Source: a phage. Taken from it: a DNA stretch of 64,000 bases. Shown here one piece after another: positions 1 through 10,965 of the stretch. The position numbers and the translations under genes are program-made. Within the stretch, counting starts at the first letter, position 1. Every line of letters begins with the position of its first letter. A model generated the notes under the pieces. It was not told the origin of the DNA. It worked only from the letters and a program-made list of their open reading frames with translations, and did no database searches. The DNA is taken from NCBI GenBank assembly GCA_011939005.1, contig GCA_011939005.1_4858.1, one strand, 5' to 3'.

Positions 1-88
1 TCCCGTTACTGGCTTTCTGTAACGCAGTAAAGGCACTGTCTGCATCATTACGCTCTAATGCACTTTTAATGGTTTGAAATAAAGACAT
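1..88 (-). CDS. partial CDS, N-terminal ~29 codons; gene continues beyond window start
   Basis: Minus-strand ATG at ~86-88 preceded by GAGGAG-like RBS; frame MSLFQTIKSALERNDADSAF... stays open to the window edge. Confidence 0.3.
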   Translation of the reverse strand, partial: MSLFQTIKSALERNDADSAFTALQKASNG

Positions 89-272
89 GGTACTGCACTC
101 CTCGTTAGGTTAAAAGTCAAGGTCAACTACAAAACAAAAGGATGTCGGTATCCTACGGATACCTCCGTTTATGTTCGCATCCAATACATAAACCCCCTTA
201 CCCCCGTACTCTCCTCGATTGTCAAACGATGAGATCGAAACGTAAAAAAGTGTAGTATGAGAGGAGGGTGGT

Positions 273-1205
273 ATGAACAAATCTAAGTCAGGGTTGCACA
301 TCTTCTCGATAGGTATCGTCGCGGAAGATAAACCTCGTGGTGCCACTCGAGTTAAAGTCATCCCTATCGAAGTTAACTTTATTAATCCAACAGCTGTCGA
401 TGCAACAGAGACGCCTGTAGAGAAGCAACACAACAGTTTAAGTGGTACTGACAACCTTACTGTAAAGCAAGGTAATGCCATCACTGCAAAATGGATGAAG
501 TCCAACAGCAACCGGGTTAACCCTCCGGATGTGAAAAAAGAAGACTACGTAAGAATCTGGCGTATCGGTGAAACCGATATGTACTTCTGGGAAGATTTAA
601 ACAACAGTAACGTTAAGCGACTGGAAGATGGGGTATACGCCTGGTCTGCTGACCCAGTAAACCAGATGGCCGATGACCTCTCTAACGCCTACGTACTGAA
701 TATCTCCCCGATGGATGGTCACGTTACTTTACGTACCAGTATGACTAACGGCGAGAAAAATGCGTATTTGCTCCAGCTGAATACCCGTGACGGGTTTTGC
801 CAGTTAGTGGATGACGAAGGGCGTAAGTTCTACCTCAACTCTCCAGAGGATGACTTAGGGTTTGAAAACGCCTGCCGGTCGAAGATTAATATCAATAAAG
901 AGGACGCTTTCATTTATGCTAAACGTTCTATTAATCTCGAGACAAAGACGATTAACGAGAAGTGCGAAACTCGCAACTCTACAGCGTCGAAAAACATGGC
1001 ATGGAAGACTGAAGACTGGAAGACCACATGCCCAACGAATCTATTTACCGGTAACCTGGAAGTAGGTAAAGATTTCCTCTATAACGGCAAAGGTGAAGGT
1101 AAGGGCACATTCACAGTTACCGAATCGGTTATCGGCGGCATCACCTTTACTCTTCACGTACATACTGGCCATGGTCCGGGCAACGACACCAGTACACCAC
1201 ACTAA
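273..1205 (+). CDS. hypothetical protein (310 aa), possibly structural
   Basis: Long ORF with strong RBS (GAGAGGAGGG) 5-8 nt upstream of ATG; no recognisable motif. Confidence 0.6.
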   Translation: MNKSKSGLHIFSIGIVAEDKPRGATRVKVIPIEVNFINPTAVDATETPVEKQHNSLSGTDNLTVKQGNAITAKWMKSNSNRVNPPDVKKEDYVRIWRIGETDMYFWEDLNNSNVKRLEDGVYAWSADPVNQMADDLSNAYVLNISPMDGHVTLRTSMTNGEKNAYLLQLNTRDGFCQLVDDEGRKFYLNSPEDDLGFENACRSKININKEDAFIYAKRSINLETKTINEKCETRNSTASKNMAWKTEDWKTTCPTNLFTGNLEVGKDFLYNGKGEGKGTFTVTESVIGGITFTLHVHTGHGPGNDTSTPH

Positions 1206-1412
1206 GTTATTTACGTGTGTGGGGTATAATGTGACAATAAACCCCTAACTGTAACGATAACCCGAATCGCTTGTGCACAGTTAGCCACTTTTTTCGCACA
1301 AAAGCCGGTTTATTGTCAACTAATTTACGAGTCGGGGCAGTTAATATGCCTTGAAGTACAAGTAGTTGAACATAGGGTTCTTCTGCTATCATTTGTTAAT
1401 GGAGATAAGTAA

Positions 1413-1622
1413 ATGAGCATTCGTGAAATCACCGCAGGCAGCGACGTTTCTGGTCTGGTAGAAGCAGGCACCGTTCAGGTTTCTGGACTGAGCACCGTTA
1501 CCGAAGTTACCGAAGCGCTGGCTAAGAAAGCCGAAGCTGAAGGCGGCGTAGCATTTAAAGTTACCGCTTGCGGCGGCAACAACAAAATGTTCGGCAACGC
1601 CATCTATTACGTAAACGCGTAA
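1413..1622 (+). CDS. small DUF1471 (YdgH/BhsA/McbA-like) domain protein, no signal peptide
   Basis: 69 aa; RBS GGAGA; C-terminal pattern VSG...ALAKKAEAEGG..FKVTA.GGNNKMFGNAIYY matches the DUF1471 consensus as I recall it. Confidence 0.45.
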   Translation: MSIREITAGSDVSGLVEAGTVQVSGLSTVTEVTEALAKKAEAEGGVAFKVTACGGNNKMFGNAIYYVNA

Positions 1623-1649
1623 TCGGCCTGCAGGCAAAAAAAGATATAG

Positions 1650-1695
1650 GTACCCTACTCCCGTTGGGAGTAGGGTTTACCTTTTATTTTTTTCG
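1650..1695. terminator. bidirectional rho-independent terminator
   Basis: Stem CCCTACTCCC / GGGAGTAGGG with 4-5 nt loop, flanked by A-run upstream and T-run downstream; lies between convergent genes. Confidence 0.7.
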
Positions 1696-2946
1696 TGCTT
1701 TGTAGCGATGCATTTCAACAAATGGCTTACCCCAAGCCCCGAAAGGCCCGACGATTGCCTGCGCGTCGTTTACCAAATTCTGGTTATACCAACGCGCGTT
1801 CCCCAACAAAAAGTTTTCCCGGTCGAAGAATGTGGTATTAAAGACCCACTCCCCTTCTTCCCAGGTCGGCCAGTACCCTACACATTTACCAATACGGTTA
1901 AAGATAGGACCTAGCGTCTTCTTCCCATCTGGGTCAGTCGGGTCTTTTAAATAGAACCGGCCCCAGATAGCGTTGTGGCTTATTCCGTGAATCTCTTTTT
2001 CGAGATACGGGTTGTCTATCGTAAAGATAAACGAGGATTCGTGCGTCAGCAACGCTTTTAACGTTTCTGAGTTACGAATACGTTGAACGGACGTAGGCGT
2101 ACTTAAATCACCTACACCGATGGCGTCCCAATCGTAATAGCGACGGGTTTCCAATACAATCTTCGCCACGCTAAGGTTTGGCAGACTCAGCATAATCGCA
2201 CGGTCGCTGAAATAGCCCTGCGGTGGCAACCAATGCAGAATACCCCCGATGACGAACCCAACGGTTTTCCCTGTAATGGAATCGGGTAAGGTCAACATTA
2301 ACGAAGAATAGTAATCTCGCGTAGTATCGAGTTTGTTCATCGTTAAACCGGATATGGGGTAAGTCTTCACTTTACCAATATTCGCCATCACTAGACAGCC
2401 GATGTCGGGTGTGTTGGCTCTCCGCACGATGTTACCAGCACCGGTTAAGCGAACGCCCACAGGGTCAGATTGGTGCGGTACCCACTGACCGTTGATGTTG
2501 TACAGTACCCCGGTACGGTATTTTTCTTTCCACTCATCGTCGCAGACTACAACAACGTCGTGCGCATCATCAGGGTTGAAGTCCTGAGTGTAATGGTACC
2601 CAGGAGGGCACAGGTGCGTTTCTACGGGCACATCTGCATTAATAGACTGGTAATGTGCCTCAGCGAATTCTAACTTCGGTAGGCCTTTCCCAAGCGTTGG
2701 AATTGCGATTCCTGACTTGGTGTTTAACCAATCTTGCAACGTGTCCGTACGGTTTTGTAAATCAGCCAGGTGATACTGGCTATAGAAGGTATATTCGGCA
2801 CCTAGTGCTTCTAGTCCTACTTCGAAAAAGTGGTAGTTAGCACAAAGGGTATTTAAGGGCTGCGTGACATCGATGGTTCCCCAAGTTCGGGTGTCTCGAG
2901 AGAAGCCAAAAGCGCTGTCGGCCCGCACTTGATAAGCAGTAGTCAC
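1684..2946 (-). CDS. hypothetical protein (420 aa), likely virion/baseplate-associated
   Basis: Long ORF; apparent GTG start with GAGGA RBS; divergent from the fiber operon. Confidence 0.55.
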   Translation of the reverse strand: MTTAYQVRADSAFGFSRDTRTWGTIDVTQPLNTLCANYHFFEVGLEALGAEYTFYSQYHLADLQNRTDTLQDWLNTKSGIAIPTLGKGLPKLEFAEAHYQSINADVPVETHLCPPGYHYTQDFNPDDAHDVVVVCDDEWKEKYRTGVLYNINGQWVPHQSDPVGVRLTGAGNIVRRANTPDIGCLVMANIGKVKTYPISGLTMNKLDTTRDYYSSLMLTLPDSITGKTVGFVIGGILHWLPPQGYFSDRAIMLSLPNLSVAKIVLETRRYYDWDAIGVGDLSTPTSVQRIRNSETLKALLTHESSFIFTIDNPYLEKEIHGISHNAIWGRFYLKDPTDPDGKKTLGPIFNRIGKCVGYWPTWEEGEWVFNTTFFDRENFLLGNARWYNQNLVNDAQAIVGPFGAWGKPFVEMHRYKARKK

Positions 2947-3013
2947 TGGCTGTTTCCTCTAAGGATTCGGGTCATAGTATGAACTCGACGCCCTCAGAGA
3001 AAAGGAGTGTAAA

Positions 3014-6000
3014 ATGGCTGTCGTCCCTGACCCGCACTATCAAGAACCGGGGAATATGCAGACCGGTGAAGCGGTAACGCCGATCGGTACTAAGTACCGG
3101 ATGCTGTTCCCCGCACACGCCCCCTTTTATACCACATCCCTGGTGGTCAAGAGTGGCGGCAAGAAATTAACATTAGGTGATGATTACGTCATCACCCATG
3201 CGTACGTTACGGGCATGGCACGCACTGGCCATGTTTGTCACGGCGGCGTGTGGATTACCAACCCGAAATATCAGAGTGGCTTTACACTCGATTACCACGC
3301 AATTGGCATCGGTGAAGCCACTGCAGAAATGATCGCCGCAGAACGAGAAGCGAATAAAGATCGCTATCCCGTGGACTGCCAATGGGATAACGTCATTGGG
3401 GATTTATATTTCCCACCGGTCGATATTAAGTTCGATTGGGAAAACTGGCGTGGCGAATCTGAGTTGATGGAAGCCATTGTTGCGGTTGGTGCTAAGCTCG
3501 GTGAAGCGATCAGTCGCGTTGACCCGATTGCTCGTAACACGTTAGACCTTCAATATCGCGCCGGCGTCACGCTTATCACGTCCGAGCAGTATGCGACGTA
3601 CGACGGTACTGGCGGCTACACGTATAACGCGTCACGTCGTCGTTATTCGTTATCTTACCAGAACACGACATTCGATGCGTATTCGTTAGCGGTAAAATAC
3701 CGTTTACCGAGCATTCCACCGGAAACAACGTTGAACCCAGGCGAGTTGATCGATTGGATGCTCTGTTACGCAAACGGTGGGACAAGTATCCTGCGTCTTC
3801 AGTTGAAGCAACGCGCGATTTATCTTACCTTAACGACAGCGATTGGTTCCGGTTCGTCCAATTACAGCTATACGTTGACGACTGGCCTGACTGATACCGA
3901 GTTGGCGGGTGAGGTTGAGTTTAGCGTGGTCAGACGCGAAGGTAACGGCGTTTACGACATCACCGTTAAAACAAGCAAGCAAACCGTTAACTACAGCTTT
4001 AACGTTGACAACCCACCGAGCGAATTTGCACCAGGGTATCAGAAAACTGATGTCGCAAAATGGTTGAAGTTTAAATCGGGCGTCAACCTAAACTGGTGGG
4101 CAGGTGAGAACGATTACGTCCAGATTCGTTCATTACCAGGCGCACCGGCACCTGACGTTAACAATGACGTGTACCAGCTGCTGGTAAAATATCACCAGAT
4201 TGTCGATAAACTGTACCGTGATGCACCGGCACACACACACGTGCCGCGCAAGGATAACCCGCATCGCGATTCGTGGGGCGCAATCCGTGCTTTGGAGAAT
4301 AACGGTATTGCTTCGGACGCGACACTGGTATACGGAAAAACGCAACCGCAGCTGACAGATTACGTTAACAATCTGTTGCCGAAACTGTCAACGCTGGCGA
4401 ATAAGCTTTTACGTTTACCGGCGGCTGCACAGTCTATCATCGGCACGTTCGGCATGAAGCCTGGCCTGACTTCAATAACGTCAGCAGTGGGTACCGATGA
4501 GTCTGAAGGCGTGGGTGCACAATTCACGGTTGACCCGAGGGTTATCCGTTTTATTGGCCGCGATTCGCAAACCGTTAACGCCGGGAACAATCCGATTACA
4601 TGGCAAGGTGGGGCTAACCAACTCATCCTTTATCCGGATTCCCGTGGATTGGAGTTCAACGGTAAGAAACTGTTGGACCCTACTACGGTCGGGCCGTACC
4701 TGCCGGGTAACGAATCAGGTGGTGATGGACTGTTTTACGGAACATCCACAGCTACTGTAACCATTAACGGTAACGGTATTCAGTCTGTTCCGTTCATTTG
4801 TACCTTTGTTCCACCGGAGTCCGATGACCTTGGCCTGATGGCTGTCCGTTTGTTGGCTACTGAATTCGGCGATCGTGAGGACTTGGCCGCAACGCCGGCA
4901 CTCATCAAGAAATTGGATCAGCAGTTTACGGGCAAGTTGGTTGCCGTTAAATCGTACATCAACGACATGCCACTGACGAGTTCTATTTACATCGATAAAA
5001 CTAACTTCGGCTTATCGAACGTACAGAACATCCCAGATGTACAATTGCCGATTTCCCCGCTCCAACAAGCTGAGCTGGACAAGTATGCAGTCGTCGGTCA
5101 CAAACACACTTCTGCCGCGTTCGGGATTAAGCGTGCAACAACGACGGAGTTCGGTTTAGTACAGTTCGGCACCGCGGTTGACGATGCCACTCTGGCATTA
5201 GACGGTGGTGAGGTCATCCGACAGGCGGACGCCATCACAGAGATAGAGAAGGTTGCGAAGACAGTCGACTCTGGTGCTTCAATCAACATTATTCGTTACG
5301 GTTTACCCGGCACGGATATCATTGAAAACGGCATCACTTACACCGACTGGATGGTTACTATTAAAGCGAACGATTATTTCGTTGGTCGCGAGTACAAAGT
5401 ACCTCTCTCCACATTTAACTTGGCGGAGCTATTCCCAGCGACGCACGAAGATGCTGAGTTTGGCGTGTATGTTGACGCGGCGGGCGATGACGGCAAGTAC
5501 ATTATCTACGAAAATCCAAACACGGCAGAAACTGAGACGATGACCAAAATAGGTTCCATCATCACCAGTGAAACCGGTGTGGTTTTTGTAGAAATCCGCA
5601 ACGTGACGCGTTTAGGTGAGTTCCGTGAATTAGGCGAGCATATCGAGGATGATAACGCCCATATTCGTCGGGGCATGACGCAAGCTGAATTCGGATTTAC
5701 TTACGGTACGGGCGGGCCTGTGTGGTCCACGGGCGCACCGGGTACAAAACGTATAGATGCTGATTGGCGTTACGCGCAGGCTAGCGGCTATACGCCTATG
5801 TTGAAAGCGGACTACGATCCGGCTGCTGATAAATGGACGTTTAAAACAACCAGTTTATCTGTAACCGATTATCGTTTTGTCCACAACACGTTCCCGATGT
5901 TCCAGAATAACGGCATTACCGCAACGTGGACACCTTTAACCGCAACAGCGGACAGTGTGCTAGAAACGGTAATTGGGTGTTGTCATCACTCGGCCACGTT

Positions 6001-6727
6001 CATGCACCGTATTTCTGTACTCGTCGCACGCACCGCAGGACGTATTACCACTCCAGGCGGTGTGAGCACGTATGCGGGAATCGCGGTTAACTACGGACGT
6101 GCTGCGCAGGTTGTTATTGGCTTGAACGGCGTTACTGGTTCCGGCCATGACTGGACGGCACTTAATCCATCGGTGCGTTTCAGCCACGCGCGAACAGCGG
6201 ACGGTATTTCGTTCGTGGGAACGATTAACATCGATTCCAAAACGATTAACTTTGAGCTGACGCTAACCGCGACAACAAAGACGCTGAAATACACCTTGCA
6301 GTCGACCGGCGAGTCGTGGACTGAGGATTTGTCTACCCGTCTCCGTCCTGACTATATCGACTTGACGAAACTGATTACCGATCCGAGTACGCCGATTTAT
6401 CACGGCGTGGGTGGTTTGTTTAGTTCCGACACAGAAGCGCGTTTGACCTACGCTAACCTGAACACGATGCCGACAAAGAATCGTTATTACGCCACGTTCC
6501 TTGACTATGCGATTAACTATTCCGGCTTAAACCGCGCAAGATTCTTTACTGGCGTGGTGGATGCAGGTTCAACGATTAATGAGATGAACAGCGCGATGAG
6601 CAACTATTCATACAGTTCGTTCCGACCAGTGGATACAGGTAAAATTCCACTGGTGGCACACCCATCCAAGATGATGACGTTCAATCCGAAAAACACGTCA
6701 GCTCGAACACTTATTATTCGTGATTAA
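3014..6727 (+). CDS. large tail fiber / fiber-associated structural protein (1237 aa)
   Basis: RBS AAGGAG; N-terminal module (FP..APFY..L.V) shared with the next three genes; size and composition typical of fibers. Confidence 0.6.
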   Translation: MAVVPDPHYQEPGNMQTGEAVTPIGTKYRMLFPAHAPFYTTSLVVKSGGKKLTLGDDYVITHAYVTGMARTGHVCHGGVWITNPKYQSGFTLDYHAIGIGEATAEMIAAEREANKDRYPVDCQWDNVIGDLYFPPVDIKFDWENWRGESELMEAIVAVGAKLGEAISRVDPIARNTLDLQYRAGVTLITSEQYATYDGTGGYTYNASRRRYSLSYQNTTFDAYSLAVKYRLPSIPPETTLNPGELIDWMLCYANGGTSILRLQLKQRAIYLTLTTAIGSGSSNYSYTLTTGLTDTELAGEVEFSVVRREGNGVYDITVKTSKQTVNYSFNVDNPPSEFAPGYQKTDVAKWLKFKSGVNLNWWAGENDYVQIRSLPGAPAPDVNNDVYQLLVKYHQIVDKLYRDAPAHTHVPRKDNPHRDSWGAIRALENNGIASDATLVYGKTQPQLTDYVNNLLPKLSTLANKLLRLPAAAQSIIGTFGMKPGLTSITSAVGTDESEGVGAQFTVDPRVIRFIGRDSQTVNAGNNPITWQGGANQLILYPDSRGLEFNGKKLLDPTTVGPYLPGNESGGDGLFYGTSTATVTINGNGIQSVPFICTFVPPESDDLGLMAVRLLATEFGDREDLAATPALIKKLDQQFTGKLVAVKSYINDMPLTSSIYIDKTNFGLSNVQNIPDVQLPISPLQQAELDKYAVVGHKHTSAAFGIKRATTTEFGLVQFGTAVDDATLALDGGEVIRQADAITEIEKVAKTVDSGASINIIRYGLPGTDIIENGITYTDWMVTIKANDYFVGREYKVPLSTFNLAELFPATHEDAEFGVYVDAAGDDGKYIIYENPNTAETETMTKIGSIITSETGVVFVEIRNVTRLGEFRELGEHIEDDNAHIRRGMTQAEFGFTYGTGGPVWSTGAPGTKRIDADWRYAQASGYTPMLKADYDPAADKWTFKTTSLSVTDYRFVHNTFPMFQNNGITATWTPLTATADSVLETVIGCCHHSATFMHRISVLVARTAGRITTPGGVSTYAGIAVNYGRAAQVVIGLNGVTGSGHDWTALNPSVRFSHARTADGISFVGTINIDSKTINFELTLTATTKTLKYTLQSTGESWTEDLSTRLRPDYIDLTKLITDPSTPIYHGVGGLFSSDTEARLTYANLNTMPTKNRYYATFLDYAINYSGLNRARFFTGVVDAGSTINEMNSAMSNYSYSSFRPVDTGKIPLVAHPSKMMTFNPKNTSARTLIIRD

Positions 6728-6739
6728 GGAGATTTTTGA

Positions 6740-9700
6740 ATGAAAACGTATCCTTACGATCCTCGGGGTGTAAATCCTGAGTGTCACTTCATCGAGGAAC
6801 GTATCATCGACTCCGACAATCCTAACGATCGGGTGGTGATGCTAGATCATCGCCCGTTTTTCGAAGGATTGGTGGTAAGGCTCGCCGGCTCGTCCATACC
6901 GCTTACCCGCGGGACGGACTATGAGCTGGAGTATGCTTTAACACCGTTGGACGACTCGGTGACGACCCCGGTGTTTTGCGGGGTGCATCTTATTAACCCT
7001 AAACTGCGTGGTGCGGTGGTCTTTGAAGGCCAGATGCTCGGGGGTACGTTTTACAGTGGTTTGATTGAGATGTTGGATGAGCTAGTTAAGGCACTCAACA
7101 ATCCAACGGCTGCAGATTGGCTGCTTTTAGGTAATCGACCTTCCCTGTACCCAGCCACCCCTGCAGCGGTGGCTTGGTCAGACATGCTGAATAAAAAGTA
7201 TGTTGCCTCTGCAGTGCATGATGTGGAGTTAGATGCCGGGGCGGCCAACGAGCAGATTCGTGAAAAGCTTACTGAGCTGAAAGATGCGGTTTTGGGCTTA
7301 GGAACTGAAATCGCCGCATTTAACTACCCCGGACACATTGCGTCGACTAACCCTCATGGGACTACCGCGGCGCAGGCCGGTGCGCATCCTGTCAACCTGA
7401 AAACGCCAGATACTTTCCTGGCGTATGGAAAGACGTTGCGTCAGTTAACCAGCGAGGTCCGTGCACTGGGTCTGCAACAATCGGATATCGACAAGTACAT
7501 TTCTAAATGGGTATCGAAAGAATCCAAAGGGGTGTTTAATGCGACGATATCCGGTACTCGTGCCCTGTTCCGTTCTCCTGCTGGTGAATCCGAAATTGTG
7601 TTCTCTGCTGAGGCATTCACTCTTAAATCTAATGGCTCTGTTGTGTTGGCGTGTGGGTATGCCGACACTACTGGAACCGTCCGGTTTATGGAGTGGAAAG
7701 CAGGCATCAATACATTACGTATTGAGTCGACTGGCAGTGCCTTGGGGATGGATAAGCTGACGCTTAATGGTACGACGTTACTGACCACAACTGCTCTCAT
7801 GGGCTATCAACAAGACCCTGGTACCGGCGGTGGTACCGTTGACCCGGATGACAACAAACTGTACATTAGCGGGGTGAACGGCATCACTTTCACGGGTAAA
7901 GGGTCAAAAGCCGATCCCGTCACCGGGAAGGTCACAGCCAAACCCGCGACGACCTCTGAACCAGGCGTTGTGACGCTGACTGATAAGCCGAGCGATGTAG
8001 TCAAAGGGCAAGCAGCCACCCCGTCGGCGCTTTTGCCGTATGAGGGCGACCTGTCTTCGTACGTCAGGAAGACAACGCTGCTGAATAACCAGCCGATGAA
8101 CACTGGTAGTCGAACGCTGACGAAAAAGGATTTAGGTTTAGACTTGGCTGATAACACAGCTGACGTCGATAAACCACTTTCTGATGCGTTGGCAGAAGCA
8201 GTTACCGGTCTTAGTGATAAAGGTCACCATCACAACTTCGCTGATTTACAGATTCCAACAGCCTCTCAAACTGTGCCAGGTATCGCACGATACTCTACCA
8301 ACTTAAACGGCTTGGCGGATAATCGCGGCGTTACCCCGAATGTTCTGAACGATCTGTCAAAACGTTTAGACGTAGTTGCAGCTGCGCTAGCAAACGCGAA
8401 AGAGGATTCCGTGACCGATTTTGCCGCTGTGCGTGGTAAGACTTGGACTGTGGGATCTACACGTACCACCCTCGCCGTAACGGATTTGAATTATTTCTAT
8501 CTGTTAAATGGTGCACGTAAAGAGGGGACGGTATCTGGTTCGATAGACCTGCAAACCACCCCGATGTTCCAGTGGTTCTCTCCAGATAACCGTATGGAAA
8601 GAACGTGGCAGAACGCGGTAATTAATATCGGTGACGGTATTGATTTTAGTGGGTTTGAGGTTGCCGTCCCGGAAACGAACTACGGTGCGCAGATTGGGTT
8701 AACGGCAACCGGCATGGGTGACTTATCGGTTGTTAACCTTTTAGCAAAAACGTGGGTTCGTTGCGATACAGGTAAACTACGTATTTGGGTTCGTGGCGGT
8801 GGTGCTGTTTCTGTTTATCTGGACGGTGTAATTATCGGTGCGGGTATTACAGAAGCGGGGTATCTGGAGGCGACTGTCAAAGAGGGGTGGAAGCAACATT
8901 GCCTGGCGTTTCGTGCGGAATGTAACAATAGCGCGAAAGCAGCTGCTATACGCTTCACCATTTACGATGGTGATTACCCGGTTGCGGTGTCGGACAAAAA
9001 CACCAAAGTTGCCCGCCTGCAGGAGTTTGTTAAGACCGCGAACGGTTTACGACATTATCTTTACGTGAACATGATAACCAACGCATTGTATTCACGTGCG
9101 GAACCCATTGTGGACACGGAAGGTATTAACCTGGAGCGTGGGTACATTGGTTACATTGATGTACCCGAGACGGGATTGGTTGCAGGTACGACTTACGAGT
9201 TTGAAACGACGTTTGATTTTGGCATGGCGTCCGAACTTAAACGGCACTTCGAAACACGTCTGGCGCACGGAGTGAGTAATGCCGACTGGTCGTTGACGGA
9301 TAACCCAAAAATGTTACCGCTAAACAAAGTCGATCCGTTGCCTAAACAGTGGCTTTATGCGTACCCTAATAGTCCAGTTTCTGGTAACCACTATATTCGA
9401 TTAGACCGAGGGTTATTCGATTATAAATTTGATAGTACCATTTCAAGCCTAGTGTTTGTTGGAGCGGTTGTCTCCACAGAAAGCGCATCACCGTACTGCT
9501 GGTTTACACCAAGCAACCCGAAAGAAAAAGGGATGGCGACGTTTGAAGGTTCTGTGGTGGTCGATGTTGATTTGTCGGAAGCACAAACAGTTCGCGTTCG
9601 CGATATCACATTAAACTTCATGGCCCCGTCTGCAGATGATAAAAGCAAGACCAGGGTACTGAGATGGAGTGGCAATCGTCCAGAATTGAATTGTGGCTTC

Positions 9701-10870
9701 ATCACGTCTCCTTATAACCAAGCAACTGGAGGCATCATCTCGACCACGCAGGGCAGTGTTACAAATAAGGTGCTTGAAAATCCGAGGGTAATTAAAAACC
9801 TGACGAGCCAATCTACCGAGTGTTTAGATTTTCTTTCGGTTCATACCGATAGTGAGCTTGCGCCGCTTGGAGATCGTTGGCTTGTACGTTATCGATACAT
9901 TGTTGATACGCAGGTACTGCGCATCTCAATGGTTTCTAAGTTGATAGCCAATCCGCTGGTGCAGGTTTACGAAATGGAATACGACATTCCGTTTGATGCG
10001 ATCGATTACTTTAAAGGTGGGGCGCTAGCCATCCACGTTTCCGGTATTGAAACTGGAGACAACGTGACTATTAACCACGGTTTGATGCAGCCGATCATCT
10101 CAGATGTGGATATAAATCGTTTCCATTATTTACGTTCACTGTTTGAGTCGTATATTGAAAGGACACCAGATAGACAGTCTTCCGGCCACGAGGAGATGAC
10201 AGTAACAACGGTACCTTTTGCGTCATTTGGAGATAACGTTGATCACCCGGTTACGGAATACATCACGATGTCTGCTGCAAGTGAGGGTTATCCGGAACTT
10301 GCACCGAACGGTAAACTCCCAGCGCCGTTTTATAAAGGGCTGCAGAAACGTGGTGCTCCGCTACTTGAGTCGGCTCCTGCCGACTATACGTCTAACGGTG
10401 GTGAATGGAAGTACGGCTTTATGCGGACTTATCGCCCGACTCAAACTGAGCGTTTTGTGTCGGTAAATGGGACAATGCTCTCTAACTACCCCGGATATAT
10501 CGTCGTGGGTAGTGAGAAAATTCCGGGTAATGTTATACCTTTCAGTGCGTCGACAACAGCTGTTCGGATATCCAGGACTCTTGCCCGCACGAAACCGATG
10601 CAGCCAATTCACATCGTGTTCGTGCCTCCGGAAGGTTCTGTGCCGCCGCTGCAAGCGAAGTTCACTATTAATGGTGTGGGTAGTAGTGGTAATCCGATGT
10701 TCGTGATTACTGAAACGACACCGGTGGAACTTCGCACGGGTGGCGAGACGATTCTCATTGAGAAGCGTAATCCATTCCACATCCCCACCAGGACATGGGA
10801 TTGGATTTTACAAACGTTGGATACTGAACGTAGAAACGAAGGCAACAACTCGGGTGAGTGGGCCTCTTAG
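6740..10870 (+). CDS. tail fiber protein (1376 aa) with phage-fibre repeats
   Basis: RBS AAGGAG; shared N-terminal module; repeats of type TSEPGVVTLTDKPSD...AATPSAL and HHHNFADL...GIARYSTN resemble the Phage_fiber_2 repeat. Confidence 0.65.
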   Translation: MKTYPYDPRGVNPECHFIEERIIDSDNPNDRVVMLDHRPFFEGLVVRLAGSSIPLTRGTDYELEYALTPLDDSVTTPVFCGVHLINPKLRGAVVFEGQMLGGTFYSGLIEMLDELVKALNNPTAADWLLLGNRPSLYPATPAAVAWSDMLNKKYVASAVHDVELDAGAANEQIREKLTELKDAVLGLGTEIAAFNYPGHIASTNPHGTTAAQAGAHPVNLKTPDTFLAYGKTLRQLTSEVRALGLQQSDIDKYISKWVSKESKGVFNATISGTRALFRSPAGESEIVFSAEAFTLKSNGSVVLACGYADTTGTVRFMEWKAGINTLRIESTGSALGMDKLTLNGTTLLTTTALMGYQQDPGTGGGTVDPDDNKLYISGVNGITFTGKGSKADPVTGKVTAKPATTSEPGVVTLTDKPSDVVKGQAATPSALLPYEGDLSSYVRKTTLLNNQPMNTGSRTLTKKDLGLDLADNTADVDKPLSDALAEAVTGLSDKGHHHNFADLQIPTASQTVPGIARYSTNLNGLADNRGVTPNVLNDLSKRLDVVAAALANAKEDSVTDFAAVRGKTWTVGSTRTTLAVTDLNYFYLLNGARKEGTVSGSIDLQTTPMFQWFSPDNRMERTWQNAVINIGDGIDFSGFEVAVPETNYGAQIGLTATGMGDLSVVNLLAKTWVRCDTGKLRIWVRGGGAVSVYLDGVIIGAGITEAGYLEATVKEGWKQHCLAFRAECNNSAKAAAIRFTIYDGDYPVAVSDKNTKVARLQEFVKTANGLRHYLYVNMITNALYSRAEPIVDTEGINLERGYIGYIDVPETGLVAGTTYEFETTFDFGMASELKRHFETRLAHGVSNADWSLTDNPKMLPLNKVDPLPKQWLYAYPNSPVSGNHYIRLDRGLFDYKFDSTISSLVFVGAVVSTESASPYCWFTPSNPKEKGMATFEGSVVVDVDLSEAQTVRVRDITLNFMAPSADDKSKTRVLRWSGNRPELNCGFITSPYNQATGGIISTTQGSVTNKVLENPRVIKNLTSQSTECLDFLSVHTDSELAPLGDRWLVRYRYIVDTQVLRISMVSKLIANPLVQVYEMEYDIPFDAIDYFKGGALAIHVSGIETGDNVTINHGLMQPIISDVDINRFHYLRSLFESYIERTPDRQSSGHEEMTVTTVPFASFGDNVDHPVTEYITMSAASEGYPELAPNGKLPAPFYKGLQKRGAPLLESAPADYTSNGGEWKYGFMRTYRPTQTERFVSVNGTMLSNYPGYIVVGSEKIPGNVIPFSASTTAVRISRTLARTKPMQPIHIVFVPPEGSVPPLQAKFTINGVGSSGNPMFVITETTPVELRTGGETILIEKRNPFHIPTRTWDWILQTLDTERRNEGNNSGEWAS

Positions 10871-10965
10871 GACGGACTGCCTACGGGCGGGTAGTCCGTA
10901 GGTAAACCGCCCTTCCGTTATTGGGAGGGCGGTCTCCGTTTTATTACAGATTAGGAGTGTTTGCA
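10871..10965 (+). other. structured intergenic region with nested hairpins between fiber genes
   Basis: Inverted repeats CCTACGG/CCGTAGG and CCGCCC(T)TCC/GGAGGGCGG followed by T-rich tract. Confidence 0.4.

Noticed and set aside
110-511. 133-aa minus-strand ORF
   Set aside because: Overlaps the RBS-supported plus-strand gene 273-1205 and its promoter region; no RBS; hydrophobic low-complexity product.
862-1065. 67-aa plus-strand ORF inside gene 273-1205
   Set aside because: Alternative frame within a longer, better-supported gene; Arg-rich product typical of out-of-frame translation.
1389-1637. 82-aa minus-strand ORF opposite the DUF1471-like gene
   Set aside because: Antisense to a gene with good RBS and a recognisable domain pattern.
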